Shown here: positions 25,965 through 38,449 of the stretch, piece after piece
How positions within the stretch are numbered: the stretch's first letter is position 1
Layout of the letters: each line of letters opens with the position of its first letter
Assembly (NCBI RefSeq): GCF_006345805.1
Contig: NC_043006.1
Span: 49,538,001-49,602,000 of the forward strand
DNA from: Octopus sinensis
Taxonomy: Eukaryota
Direction of reading: 5' to 3'
DNA: 64,000 bases
Made by a program: the position numbers and the translations under genes
The notes under the pieces: model-generated
Databases searched by the model: none
The model's input: the letters and a program-made list of their open reading frames with translations, nothing else
What the model was told of the DNA's origin: nothing

Positions 25965-25995
<31 letters not shown>

Positions 25996-25997
25996 AT

Positions 25998-26045
<48 letters not shown>

Positions 26046-27357
26046 TAGCTGAAGGTGACCCGCTCTACGCGCGGGTAAGAGTGTGGGTGTTACTTTCTGT
26101 TGCTTCCTTTCAGCACGTAAAAAGCACCATCCGAACGTGGCCGATTGCAGCACCGCCTTGACCTGCTTCTGTGCTGGTGGCACGTAAAAAGCACCAACCG
26201 ATCGTTGCCACTGCGAGCCCCCCTGGCACCAGTGCCGTCGGCACGAAAAAAGCACTCATTACACTCACAGTGTGGTTGGCGTTAGGAAGGTCATCCACCT
26301 GTAGAAACACTGCCAGATCAGACTGGAGCCTGGTGCAGCCTCCTGGCTTCCGAGACCCGGTCACACTGCCCAACCCGTATTTGTTTCTCTCCGTATTTGT
26401 TTCTCTCTCCTTTCTCTCTCACTTTCCCACTCTCTTACTTTTCTTTTCTCTCTGACTCTCCCTCGCTTTCTCTTACTCTCTATCTTTATCTATCTCTCTC
26501 CCATTTATAAACAACAGAAGATCTTGAGTAAGTTGAGAAATAAAATATTTAGAAAGATCAATCAGAAATATGAGGCAGTGGCAATGGAAAGGTCTGCTTC
26601 AAGGCAGACAGCAAAACGCTAACATTCAAAAGGACAGACGAACTTGCGAGCTGAATAAAAATAATAAAATATTGGAAACCAAAGTTTGAAGGGATAGAAT
26701 CTGAGGATAGTAGAGTCACCATGGCTGGCATTTGTTAACGACGGACAGCAACGTATTGACAGTTTAACGGCTGGCGTAAAATTTTGAACTTGATGTAAAA
26801 GAAAATTCGTAAACACCAATTTTTGAAGTGATTCTTTCTCACGACAGTAGACTCACCATGGCAAGCATTCAAAACTTCTTTATCATGGACGGCAACACAT
26901 TGACGATTAAAAGGCTGGCGCAAATTTTTTAGCTTGATGCAACAGAGAATTCCTAAACACCCGCTCTTTGAAATTTTAATCCCCTTCCAGCCCCATTTAG
27001 ACCCCTTTTCAACCCGATTTCATTCGGGTGTACTGGGGCCACATTTTATAAGATGAGGAATTTTGTCCTAGAGGTGACGCCTTTCATTTGAGGAACAAAA
27101 TAGTTGTGATGCAAACTTGTCAGCACCTTTAACATAGGTGTGCATATTTTCAGGTGAATCGACCGACTACGTAATGCACACATATATATATGTGTATATA
27201 TATGTGTGTGTGTGCACGCATTATATATACAAATGTATACAAATGAGATATATATCTGTATAAATTAAATTAGAGATAAAACCACTAATAGGCAAATCAA
27301 ACAGTGAAAAACCAAAAACAAAAACATAAAAAAAGAAAATATAACATAGAAAATATA

Positions 27358-28273
27358 TCTATATATATAAAACTGTAGTTGTGTGAGTGTCTGTCCCCTT
27401 CGATTTAGATTCCTAACTACTCCCAAATTTTGCGGTGCAGTTTAACCAAATTCGGGTATCTTATAGTCGTGATTCATATCGAGCCCGTCTGGGTATTAGC
27501 GCGCGTCTACAATGAGTGTACGATTTTAAAAATAATTTAACATCATTTTTTATTCCATTTTAATGCATATTTTTTCGTGTGTCGATGGCGGCGGAGTTGG
27601 CGTCCACGCTCACGCCTGCACCTGTGTTGCTTCTCCCCCTTCTTCCCTCCCTCGTGAAGCTGTGGGGAAGGGAGTGTAAGGAAATCAACGTCGTAATGCG
27701 TTGTGAAGGAGACCAGCGTTCTTTTAGAACAACGACTTCATGGCTTGAAGTCGCCAAAACAGAAATCGCTAAAAAAGCTGAAACAGATCCACAAAAACGG
27801 CAAAAACCGCCACACAGGGCAGGTTTCCTGTGCAAACAATTTGCACAACCGAATGTTTTAGTTGTTGCACAAATCTTTATATATAAAAGTAAGGTTGTGT
27901 GTCTGTCTCCTACGATTTAGATTCCTAACTACTCCCACATTTTGCGGTGCAGTGTAACCAAAACCGGGTATCTTATAGTCGTGATTCATATCGAGCCCTT
28001 CTGGGTATTAGCGCGCGTCTACGATGAGTCTACGATTTAAAAAAAAATTTACCATCATTTTTTATTCCATTTTAATGCATTTTTCGCTATTATATAAGGG
28101 AAGTAACTCTCTAAAAATGTCTACGATGAGTCAACGATTTAAAAAAGAAATTACTATCATTTTTTATTCCATCTTTAATGCATTTTTTGCTATTTTTTTT
28201 GCTATAACTCACTAAAAATGCTTATATAGTTATTTCCCTTACAAACCCGAGCAACGCCGGGCGATACTGCTAG
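27358..28273 (+). mobile_element. Non-autonomous Helitron family B nested in Helitron A copy 2
   Basis: A|TC start; hairpin CCCGAGCAACGCCGGG then CTAG|T end; absent from copy 1; second internal 5' end at about 27878. Confidence 0.85.
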
Positions 28274-28462
28274 TAAAATATAAAATTGAAAACTTTAAAT
28301 TATTTAAATTGAAAATAAAAATTATGAAATTATATTTATAATTTGTTTAAAAATATATATAACTATGAAAAAGTATGAAAAAGTTTAATATACATAAATA
28401 CAGATATATACACTTTGTATATATACATTATATATATACATATTTATATATAGAACACACAC

Positions 28463-28576
28463 ACATCATCATCACCATTGTTCGACCGTGGTCGAGACAA
28501 TGGAATTTACCATGTTGCGCCAGACTTCACGGTCCATCATAGCATTACGGAGGTCCTGTTGCTGGATGCCTGTATC
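28463..28576 (-). mobile_element. Short RTE/RTE-X LINE 3' end with (GAT)n tail, inside the minisatellite
   Basis: Translates DTGIQQQDLRNAMMDREVWRNMV, then TGATGATGATG. Confidence 0.7.
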
Positions 28577-29300
28577 CACACACACATACATTATATATAC
28601 ATATTTATATATAGAACACACACACACACACACATACATTATATATACATATTTATATATAGAACACACACACACACATACATTATATATACATATTTAT
28701 ATATAGAACACACACACACATACATTATATATACATATTTATATATAGAACACACACACACACACATACATTATATATACATATTTATATATAGAACACA
28801 CACACACACATACATTATATATACATATTTATATATAGAACACACACACACATACATTATATATACATATATATATAGAACACACACACACACACACACA
28901 CACATATAAATGAACGCAAGAATATCTGATTCATAATATTTGTTCTCATGCTCGTGTGTTGATTGTTGGTGACAGACATATACTTCAAAGAACGCCGCCG
29001 AAGTGATAGGAAGGTAGGAAACAGAGTCAGTGAAAAAGAAAGGAAATAGCGATAGTGACAGATACTTTAAATAACCGTAGTGGCATTCTGAAAGTTATAA
29101 ATGAAGAGGAGTGACAGAGTACTGGAGGAAATAGGGTGAGGTAGGAAGATGGCCCCTAGAAACCACAGCTTTTAAGATAGGGATTTCTAAGGTAGCCCAC
29201 GCGCATCGTCACCTCATTCTACATGTCCGTGTAAATTTTGGAGCGAATCGGACGGGATGTAGTGGCATTGAAAGCGAACCAAGCGGTAAAAGGCATTTCA

Positions 29301-29358
<58 letters not shown>

Positions 29359-29669
29359 ATATTTAAAATCCTTCGAAGCGGTAAGCCCACATTAGCCCAG
29401 CATGGCCCTGAATGACTGACAAATATTAATAAAAAGCAACATAAACAATATAGAAATAATTTTCATTTTGTGTCTTTTATTTGTTGCAAACGGTTCACTT
29501 TCTAATTCCTATATTTTCAGGAATTTGCAGAAGTTGAACTTAAATATATAGTTATCAACGATACTTATTGTCGATAATTTTTATCCAGTGTCCTTCGTAT
29601 CTCGTATCACTTCAACTCCCTTCTTTCATAGACACAGTATATCTGCGTTGCTAAACTTACTTGCATAAT

Positions 29670-29732
<63 letters not shown>

Positions 29733-30246
29733 TGGAACATTTTGAATCTGTGCTTCTTGGATTAGAGCTGATAGAGTTAAACAAGAAACACAAGCCAAGA
29801 AAATGCTTTCGTTGACCTCAAGTTCATGACTGGAACATTATTGTATTAAATTTGTTGGTATGGAAGATAAAACCAAATTCAGCAAAATTTAAATTCGGTA
29901 AGTGAAAAGGGAGTAAGGAAATAGCGCAAAGTATTTTGTCCACCTCAAATGATTCTATCAATCTTACCGCCTTTACAACAAAATTATAATAAAAGAGGAA
30001 TCATTTTTGTCCGTTTAGGATTAGGAATGCAGACATTGACAGTAATTAATCAAATCCGTGTTCAAGGTTTATTTTGGTGACTATGAAATTCTATTGTGAA
30101 TAAAATGAAAGCATATTTACCAGAATCATAACAAAAGAATTTATTACTCAGCTCATTCTTCTTTATAATCTCCTACTCACATTATAACAGGATATAAAAT
30201 ATCACGGTTCTGTTCGGCCCTGAACTGAAAAAGGTATTTCCAAGTT

Positions 30247-30254
30247 TATATAAA
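30247..30254 (+). promoter_or_regulatory. TATA box of P2
   Basis: TATATAAA at the position homologous to 13147. Confidence 0.6.
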
Positions 30255-30277
30255 TACAAGTGTATAATTTCTGCAAC

Positions 30278-30354
30278 AATACAGTCCTTCCTTCGGTGAA
30301 GACCATATCGCAGCACCTTTAGTGCTTCGTTGTACGCTTTCAGTGAATAGACAG
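30278..30354 (+). other. Predicted non-coding exon 1 of P2
   Basis: Donor CAG|GTACGT at 30354/30355; homologous to P1 exon 1. Confidence 0.58.
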
Positions 30355-31588
30355 GTACGTTTTATTTAATACGACTAATGTGTTTTAGTATCTTGACTTC
30401 CTACATTAATAGGTGGTGGTCATTTTTGTCAAGAGAGTTAGGCAAAATAGTTGAAGGTTTTTAGTTAATTTTATTACAAATTTGGTTCCTATTTCGAAGT
30501 GGAGTAAATTTCATCTATCTTTCAAAGATCGATGAAATAAATATGAATAATAGACTCACATATGCGCACGCGAACACACACATACACACACACAAACACA
30601 CGCAAACACACATGCGCACAAACGCACACACAAACACACATACACAAACGCACAAGCACAAACACACACATACACACACACGCGCAAACGCACACGCAAA
30701 CGCGAAAACACACACACGCAAACACACGCAGATGCGAAAACGCACAAGCGTACACACATATATTTTGATGTATATTATGTGTGTATGTGTTGTGCTTGTG
30801 TGTATGTGTGTACGCGCGTGTGCGCGCGCGTTTGTGTGTGTACACAGCACACACACATTATGCTTCTACAAGAATGTTGTTCACAGTGACTTCGAAGTTT
30901 CGACAAGCTAACCCAACGTCTAGCTGCGATGCATTTGAGTGAGTCTTGCCTTCATATAGTCTCTGTTGAGTTGAAATTATCTTTGGGTGTTTGGCTTTGT
31001 GTGAGGTGATAATTAGGTTCATACAGTCTGTTGATATGGAAAGGTGTTTTGGGAAAATATTTTTATTGATGAAATTTGGGGTTTTGTTATTACTTAGAAC
31101 TTATTCAGGCATGTAGAACTTTATACCTTTGACTTTTGTATTGCCAAAGCAAAAGGAATAAATCCAACAATACCAAAAGCAACAAAAGTACTGCCATACC
31201 TTGTGCCTACCTGACAAAAGAGAAACACCTGCAGGCTTGAAAAAAAATGTGTGTAGTACTATGTACAAGAAGTCTACAGTAAACATACGGTGACTACTAT
31301 TGAGGAAGCATCGGGTTAGCAGAATTATAAGCACCCCAGTCAGAATACTAGGCTGTATTTTTTTTTTCTGGTTTCACATACTGAGTTCAAATTCCGCTGA
31401 GGTCGACTTTGTCTTTCACTCTTTCGGGGTCGATACTGGGGTCGATGTAATGAAGTTCACCACTCACAAACTTTCAGATCTTATGCCTTTAATAGAAATA
31501 ATTATTACAGCTGGAGTAACTTTGATCATAGGTTAGCACTACCAATCCTGGTTTGAAGTAAATCGTGGTAACAACTATAAACTAATAA

Positions 31589-33731
31589 CACAACGTTACA
31601 ATTTTCAAAAAAAAAAAAAATTGTTTATTGTAATTTTTTTTTATTGTTTATCAATCCATTTTTTCTGCTGATTACAAAACTGAAATTATTTTTTGTGTAT
31701 CATCAACAGTTAAAAAAATATGTCGACTTTCAATGTTATCATATATTCGGTATTGTTATAATGTTCCGCTACTAAATGCATGTCTAATTTTCTCTTTCAG
31801 ACAAATTACTAAGTTCTGCTACTTTCAGAATGCCTACTAGAGTATGTAAAAATTCTCCAGATACATTTTGCTGTGTGTGGTTATTATATTGAAAACAAAG
31901 CAGGTATTACATAAGATCGTGAGAGGTACCAAATTGTGGATAGCGTACAGACTCTATTTCGGAATGCCCATGGGTGAACAGGACAAACCATGGGTCCCAC
32001 ATGTGATATGTGTAAGCTGTCGATCTACTCTAGAAAGATGGTTAAGAGGTACAGGAAGGTCAATGCTTTTTGCCATTCCAAGGGTATGGAGAGAGCCAAA
32101 GAACCATCACGATGACAGAAAAGTGAAAGGAAGACAATTTCTACGGTATCCAGACATACCACCATCTAGAGCACCTGTCCCACATGATGACAGTTTACGA
32201 GTACCACTACCACCAGAAAATATTTCATCTGAAGAGTCAACAAGTAGCAGCATCCAACAAATGGAGGAGGCTTTCGTACCAAGAACGAATTCGGAGCCTC
32301 ACTTTCCAAATCAGAGTGAGCTAGATGATTTAATTAGGGATCTGGGTCTTACTAAGTAAGGAGCTGAACTTCTTTCATCATGGTTGAAGGAATGAAATCT
32401 ACTGGGAGAAGACTGCAAGACATCTGTGTACCGGAAACGCCATGAAGAATTTGAAATTTACTATGAAAATATTAATGTTCAGTGTTATTGTAAAGATATG
32501 ATTGGTTTGTTTACTGCTATTGGACTCAAGCATGATTCTGTAGAATGGCGACTGTTCATAGATAGCTCAACACGAAGCCTCAAAGTAGTGTTATCCCACA
32601 ATGGAAATAAATATCATTCTTTGCCTCTTACACACTCCATACAGAAGAAAGAAAATTACGATAATGTCAAAGAACTTCTCGACAAAATAAATTACGCTGA
32701 GTTCAAGTGGGATGTTTGTGGTGATTTCAAGATGCTTGCTTTCTTGCTTGGCTTGCAAGGGGGATACAGAGTATTCATGTTTCCTTTGCTTATGGGACAG
32801 CAGAGCTGATGATGATCATTACAAGAGAGTACATTTGGGACCCATGAGTGGAACTGCAGCCAGGAATGTTAAATGTTCTCAAACATCCTTTAGTAGATTA
32901 CAACAAAATCTTATTACCCCCCCCCCCTTCATATCAAACTCGGATTGGTAAAACAGTTTATGAAGGCCTTAGATTTGTCTTATGTTTCAAGGGTGGCATA
33001 TTTGTTGGGCCCCAAGTAACTAAAGTCGAAGAAACTGGAAAGAGCGATGACAAAAGTTGGAAAAGAAGCTTGGTGTGCTTTTCATGATGTAGTTCGTGGA
33101 TTCCTAGGAAATCACAAGGATCCTAATTACAAACAGCTGGTAGCAAAACTTATTGAAAACTTCAAGAAAATGGGTTGTCGTATGTTCTTAAAGGTTCATT
33201 TTTTGCACTCTCACCTAGATTTTTTCCCCGAAAACTTGGGTGATGTCAGTGAGGAGCATGGTGAGAGATTTCATCAGGACATCGCAACTATGGAAAGAAG
33301 ATACCAAGGACGATGGAATACTGCTATGATGGGAGGTTATATATGGTCTCTAGTCAGAAGAGATGAAGGTATACACTCCAGCAAATCTCGATCGTCAAAG
33401 CACTTCTCATCTTAAGAAACAAATTATCAAGGCACTTACAGTGCAGAATTTTATTGTTTCTTTTTCTTCTAACTAATATTATACATCCTAAATACCTTTC
33501 AATATATGAAAAAGTACTTAATGTTGTGTAATTATCCTTACAACACGAGAAGAGATTGAACCAACAAAGTGATGTGGAGAAAAATTACAAATATAACGAG
33601 TAAATATGAAATTAGGAATAAATAGATAACTCTCGATGTTTTCAAAATGAATGGGACTTTTGAATTTAGTGGTAAAAAAAAGCATGTATGAACATTAAAA
33701 AATACAAATAAACAGTACGTGTTATATTGTG
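31589..33731 (+). mobile_element. Chapaev3-like (CMC) DNA transposon, 2143 bp, in P2 intron 1
   Basis: Termini CACAA...TTGTG with imperfect TIRs of about 12 bp; TAA duplicated at 31586-31588 and 33732-33734; P1 has the empty site AAACTAATAA-TTGGA. Confidence 0.8.
31830..33415 (+). pseudogene. Disrupted Chapaev-type transposase
   Basis: MPTRVCKNSPDTFC..CG, EQDKPWVPHVICVSC, WREPKNHHDD, CGDFKMLAFLLGLQGG, GIFVGPQ, HFLHSHLDFFPENLGDVSEEHGERFHQDI; several stops and frameshifts. Confidence 0.82.
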
Positions 33732-33794
33732 TAATTGGAGTATAGAAAGAAAATATTTACTGTGATTGCTATTATTTTCTATAGATAACCAATA

Positions 33795-33846
33795 ATGAAG
33801 ACCACTATCTCTCTTTTGTTTGCTATGCTTTGCCTGTTTACAGTTG
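33795..33846 (+). CDS. P2 coding exon 1: signal peptide MKTTISLLFAMLCLFTV plus 1 nt
   Basis: Acceptor TTTTCTATAG| at 33784 and donor G|GTGAGT at 33846; 16 of 17 residues identical to P1. Confidence 0.78.
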
Positions 33847-34091
33847 GTGAGTATGAATACACACCAATTAGTTTTATATAAAGTAGCAGTGGATATTAAC
33901 TACTAGGGAATAATACTTTTACAATTCCAAAAAACAATGTATATATCCATATACATACATACGCACATACATACATACATACATACATACATACATACAT
34001 ACATACATACATACATACATACGTACATACACACATATACATAGATATGTGTGTTTGCGTTGATATATATATATATATATATATAATATAT

Positions 34092-34141
<50 letters not shown>

Positions 34142-34927
34142 ATATAACGTAAGAGAGGGAGGAGAAACAGATTTCTTCATCCACATTCAAACTCACTTTC
34201 TAATCTGTCGTTGGGCCAAATATCGGCAAAATATGTATGTATATACAAAGACAAAGAAAGGGAGAAAGAGTAGTTAAAGCCAAACTCCAACGTGTTGAAT
34301 GGCCGTTGTTTTTGTAAAAATAAAAATAAAATAAAACCAACGGACTTTTCTTCTTGGTACGAAAATGATGTAAGGCGGACAAAATAAATGAAGTCGATTT
34401 TATTAGTTACTGTGGTCAATACAAAGCTAGTTTCACGATTAATGTACAAACTAAATAAATCAATTTTTTAAAAATTAATTTATTTTTGAAGCACATGTTT
34501 TGATCTTTAGTTATATATATAATATTATAAGAAAAAATATGAATAACTATAAAACATATTTACCTTCATTTATCCACATCAATTCGTAACCTAAAGTATT
34601 CGGTATAATGCAAACAGTAAGAGAGGGAGAAGAAATAGACTTCATCCACATTCAAACACGCTTTCTAATCTGTCGCTGGGGTCAATGTAATTGACTTACT
34701 TCTTCCTCCGAAATTGCTGGTGTGTTCTGAGTTCAAATTTCGATTTGCTTTTCATTATTTCGGAGTCGATAAAATAAGTACCTGCTGAGCATTGGAGTCG
34801 ATCTAATCAACTTACCCTTCCTCCGGAATTTCTACCTTTGTGCTAAAAACAATGTGAACAGTATTCATACATTTGTATATTAATGTGTGTTTTGTTTATT
34901 TCGTCCTTTGAACATTTTATATTTCAG

Positions 34928-35055
34928 TATATAACTGCCTTGTTGCTGCTGCAACCACTGCAAAGGTACTCGCAACAGATGCAACCCACGCAACAGGTGC
35001 AGACTACTTAAATGGAACAAGCTATATGCTATTCCTGTATGCCAAAGACAGATAA
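34928..35055 (+). CDS. P2 coding exon 2: (V)YNCLVAAATTAKVLATDATHATGADYLNGTSYMLFLYAKDR*; precursor 59 aa
   Basis: Acceptor TTTTATATTTCAG| at 34927; YNC start, AKV motif and Arg-TAA end align with P1; 3' UTR conserved. Confidence 0.68.
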
Positions 35056-35492
35056 GATAAAAGAATGGGCGAATTCTCATGCAAACGATCAAGTAGACGT
35101 AGTAACTTGGGTCATCATTTTTCGCCAGCTATTTCGATTAGTAATTGAGTTTGATGGAATATTCTGGAATTGGAACCAGCTATATTTCAGTAACGTCAGT
35201 GATGTTTAAGCATTAATTCCAAGACATTTGTAAAGAGTAAATTTTATTGAAATGGACATAAATTATTTTATCATATCTTTCTTTTGTCTTCTTTATTGCT
35301 CTCTAAACAAATTTATCACAAAATAAAGTACTTCATAAAGATTTCTTTGTTTCATTCATCGAACTGCGGCCATACTAGGGTGCCACCTTGAAATGTTTTT
35401 GGTCAGATGACTTCAAATTTTGACAACATGTGTAGAAATAGCTCAAAAGGTTATGTTTATTGTTTGATATGTTTTTCTTTTCAGGTATAGAA

Positions 35493-35615
35493 ATGGCATT
35501 CAGTGGAAGAGAAAAGGCGTTTTGTGTGTTGGAGTATGCTCGAACACAGTCGAATAAGACTGTGCAGCGTGCATTTGTGAGAGAGTTCTCTGAAAAGACC
35601 CCAACGGTAATGCAG
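35493..35615 (+). mobile_element. Tc1/mariner transposase N-terminal (HTH) fragment
   Basis: MAFSGREKAFCVLEYARTQSNKTVQRAFVREF, truncated by a SINE. Confidence 0.7.
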
Positions 35616-36110
35616 CCTTCAAATTCCGCCGAGGTCGACTTTGCCTTTCATCCTTTCGGGGTCGATAGAATAAGCACCACTGGAACACTGGAGTCGATGT
35701 AATCGAAATCTACTATCCCCTCCCCCAAAATTTCAGGCCTTATGTCTATAGTAGAAAGGATTATTATTATTGTTATTATTACGAAGGCGGCGAGCTGGCA
35801 GAATCGTTACTGTGCCGGACGAAATGCTTTGCAGCATTTCTTCCGACTTTGCAGTTCATCCTTTCGGCGTCGATAAAATAAGAACCAGTTGAACACTAGG
35901 GTCGATTTGATCGACTTATTCTCTCCTCAGAAATTGCTGGCATTGTGCCAAAATTTGAAAACCTTATTATTGTTGTTACTATTAAGGTGGCGAGCTGGCA
36001 GAGTTGTTAGCCCGTTTAACGGAATGCTTAGCGGTATTTCGTCGTTCTGAGTTCAAATTCGGTCGAGGTCGACTTTGCCTTTTATCCTTTCGGGGGTCGA
36101 TAAATTAAGT
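35615..36110 (+). mobile_element. Cluster of three partial SINEs (GGCGGCGAGCTGGCAG type) separated by (TTA)n
   Basis: Repeated GAGTTCAAATTCCGCCGAGGTCGACTTTGCCTTTCATCCTTTCGGGGTCGATAAA core. Confidence 0.75.
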
Positions 36111-37013
36111 GTCTAACCCACATACAAACATACATACATACGTACATATATGCATACACACATACATGCATGCATACACACATATAATTATGGAATAAAG
36201 AGCAGCTTTCATTATTAAGTATTGTTTGGTTCTCTTAGCTTATATAACGCACTGTGTATTGTTAGGTTTCAATGTCGTGGATCATTCGAAGATTCCCTGC
36301 TTTATGGTGTATGAGGTATTATTGGTCTACAGATCCCAGATATGGCTTGGTAACGTAGTTATATTATTTTTATTTCTGTGGCATATTTTAAAAATAGTTA
36401 TGCAAACCGCCAGTCTTCTTTCCGAAACGTTAAGAAGAAAGCCACAAAGTTAGCAAGCCACATCTGGAACTTAAAGGCCAACAATACAACACATCCCAAA
36501 GCAAAGCATTGTAGAACGATCCATGCCATATCTTAATGCGTTAAGGAGGTTCAAGCTTTGTATAGCTGAACCTGAAAGATCTCATATAACTCATAATATT
36601 TTAAAATTCAAGAACTTTACCCATCTTCTGACTTCTACATTTTATGTTTTCAGATAAGTTTCTATTATGGACCTGGAAAAACACCAACTTCTCCGGATTA
36701 AGCATGTAACCCCATTAACTTTAACCATTACCGGTTGAATTAATTACATCAACCTTGTTAATTCCCATTCTAACAGTCTAAAGGGAGGCAACTCTTATCT
36801 CCATTTTCACCATGCTTCTTTTTATTTTCTCTTTCTCATGCCAATTTACTCCCTTCGTTCTTTATGTTTTTTGTTTTCCAAGAGCAGCCATATTGTATTT
36901 TGTGTCTGTATGATTGCCTGAAAATATACGGCCTGCTATACAAGCTTCTCCGATGACAGTATTATCTGATGTCTGAAGCTAATTGTAACTTGCTTCTAAC
37001 TCTCATGTATATA

Positions 37014-37419
37014 CTCTCTTTACTCTTTTACTCTTTTATTTGTTTCAGTCATTTGACTGCGGCCATGCTGGAGCACCGCCTTTAGTCGAGCAAATCGACC
37101 CCGGGACTTATTCTTTGTAAGCCCAGTACTTATTCTATCGGTCTCTTTTGCCGAACCGCTAAGTGACGGGGACGTAAACACACCAGCATCGGTTGTCAAG
37201 CAATGCTAGGGAGACAAACACAGACACACAAACACATACACACACACATACATATATATATACATATATACGACAGGCTTCTTTCAGTTTCCGTCTACAA
37301 AATCCACTCACAAGGCATTGGTCGGCCCGGGGCTATAGCAGAAGACACTTGCCCAAGATGCCACGCGGTGGGACTGAACCCGGAACCATGTGGTTGGTTA
37401 GCAAGCTACTTACCACGGC
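37014..37419 (-). mobile_element. Near full-length SINE (GGCGCAGG type)
   Basis: Reverse complement of the 24358-24800 architecture. Confidence 0.85.
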
Positions 37420-37787
37420 TTTGCCATAGCAGGGCAAATAACCGATTATTAGAACTCAATATGCTTATAATTGCTGGTATCCACAGGCTCCGGTTGTGAA
37501 GCAGTGTGAAAGCACAGTTATGCTCCCATAAAGATTTTCGTATAAAAGGTAACAGAACAGAGCTAATTATAAACTACTAAATGGCCCAATAGCAATAATT
37601 AGGTAATATGGTCATTAGCTTACAGATGCTTCAGCTAAGAGAACAAAACAACACCGTAGTGAGAGCTGCTCTGTATTCTCTGTGTGTGTGTGCGTGTGTG
37701 TGTGTATGTGTTTGTGTGTATTATGTTATATTATACACACATGCCCACACACGCGCGTACGCAAGCACACACACACGCGCGTACGCA

Positions 37788-37845
<58 letters not shown>

Positions 37846-37877
37846 GTACCTACTAAATTCTTTACAGTATCTACTAA

Positions 37878-38295
37878 GGCGGCGAGCTGGCAGAAACGTT
37901 AGCACGCCGGGCGAAATGCCTCGCGGTGTTTCGTTTGTCTTTACGTCCTGAGTTCAAATTTCGCCGAGGTCGACTTTGCCTTTCATCCTTTCGGGGTCGA
38001 TTAAATAAGTACCAGTTACGTACTGGGGTCGATGTAATCGACTTAATCCGTTTGTCTGTCCTTGTTTGTCCTCGCTGTGTTTAGCCCCTTGTGGGTAGTA
38101 AAGAAATAGGTATTTCGTCTTCCGTTACGTTCTGAGTTCAAATTCCGCCGAGGTCGACTTTGCCTTTCATCCTTCCGGGGTCAATTAAATAAGTACCAGT
38201 TACGCACTGGGGTCGATGTAATCGACTTAATACCATTGTCTGCCCTTGTTTGTCCCCTCTATGTTTAACCTGTTGTGGGCAATAAAGAAATAAGC
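37878..38295 (+). mobile_element. SINE (GGCGGCGAGCTGGCAG type) with a tandemly duplicated body
   Basis: Body of about 180 bp present twice. Confidence 0.8.
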
Positions 38296-38449
38296 ATCTA
38301 CGAAATTTTTATTTGAAGGAATTCACCATGCCAGCAGCTACAGTAGAAGTCACTTAATGAAAGTTCTGTGCAGTTAAAGCAAATTTGCTTAACCACATGA
38401 CTAATTGAATAGAAAAGAGATATCAATAGACATTTAATACCTGTGAGTG

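Larger units (their letters stand above)
26045..29310 (-). mobile_element. Non-autonomous Helitron family A, copy 2 (inverted), with nested insertions
   Basis: CTAG end at 26045-26048 with its hairpin; reverse-complement similarity to 8524-10733. Confidence 0.8.
29832..35393 (+). repeat. Segmental duplication, copy 2 (carries gene P2)
   Basis: Collinear with 12693-16803 once copy-specific insertions are removed. Confidence 0.9.

Noticed and set aside
34935-35060. 41-codon, 8-Cys shifted frame in P2 (LPCCCCNHCKGTRNRC...)
   Set aside because: It is preceded by an in-frame TAA just after the acceptor. Access would need an alternative donor plus double A-to-I editing of the stop, which nothing in the sequence supports. 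Several P1/P2 differences are synonymous in this frame, but the numbers are too small to interpret.
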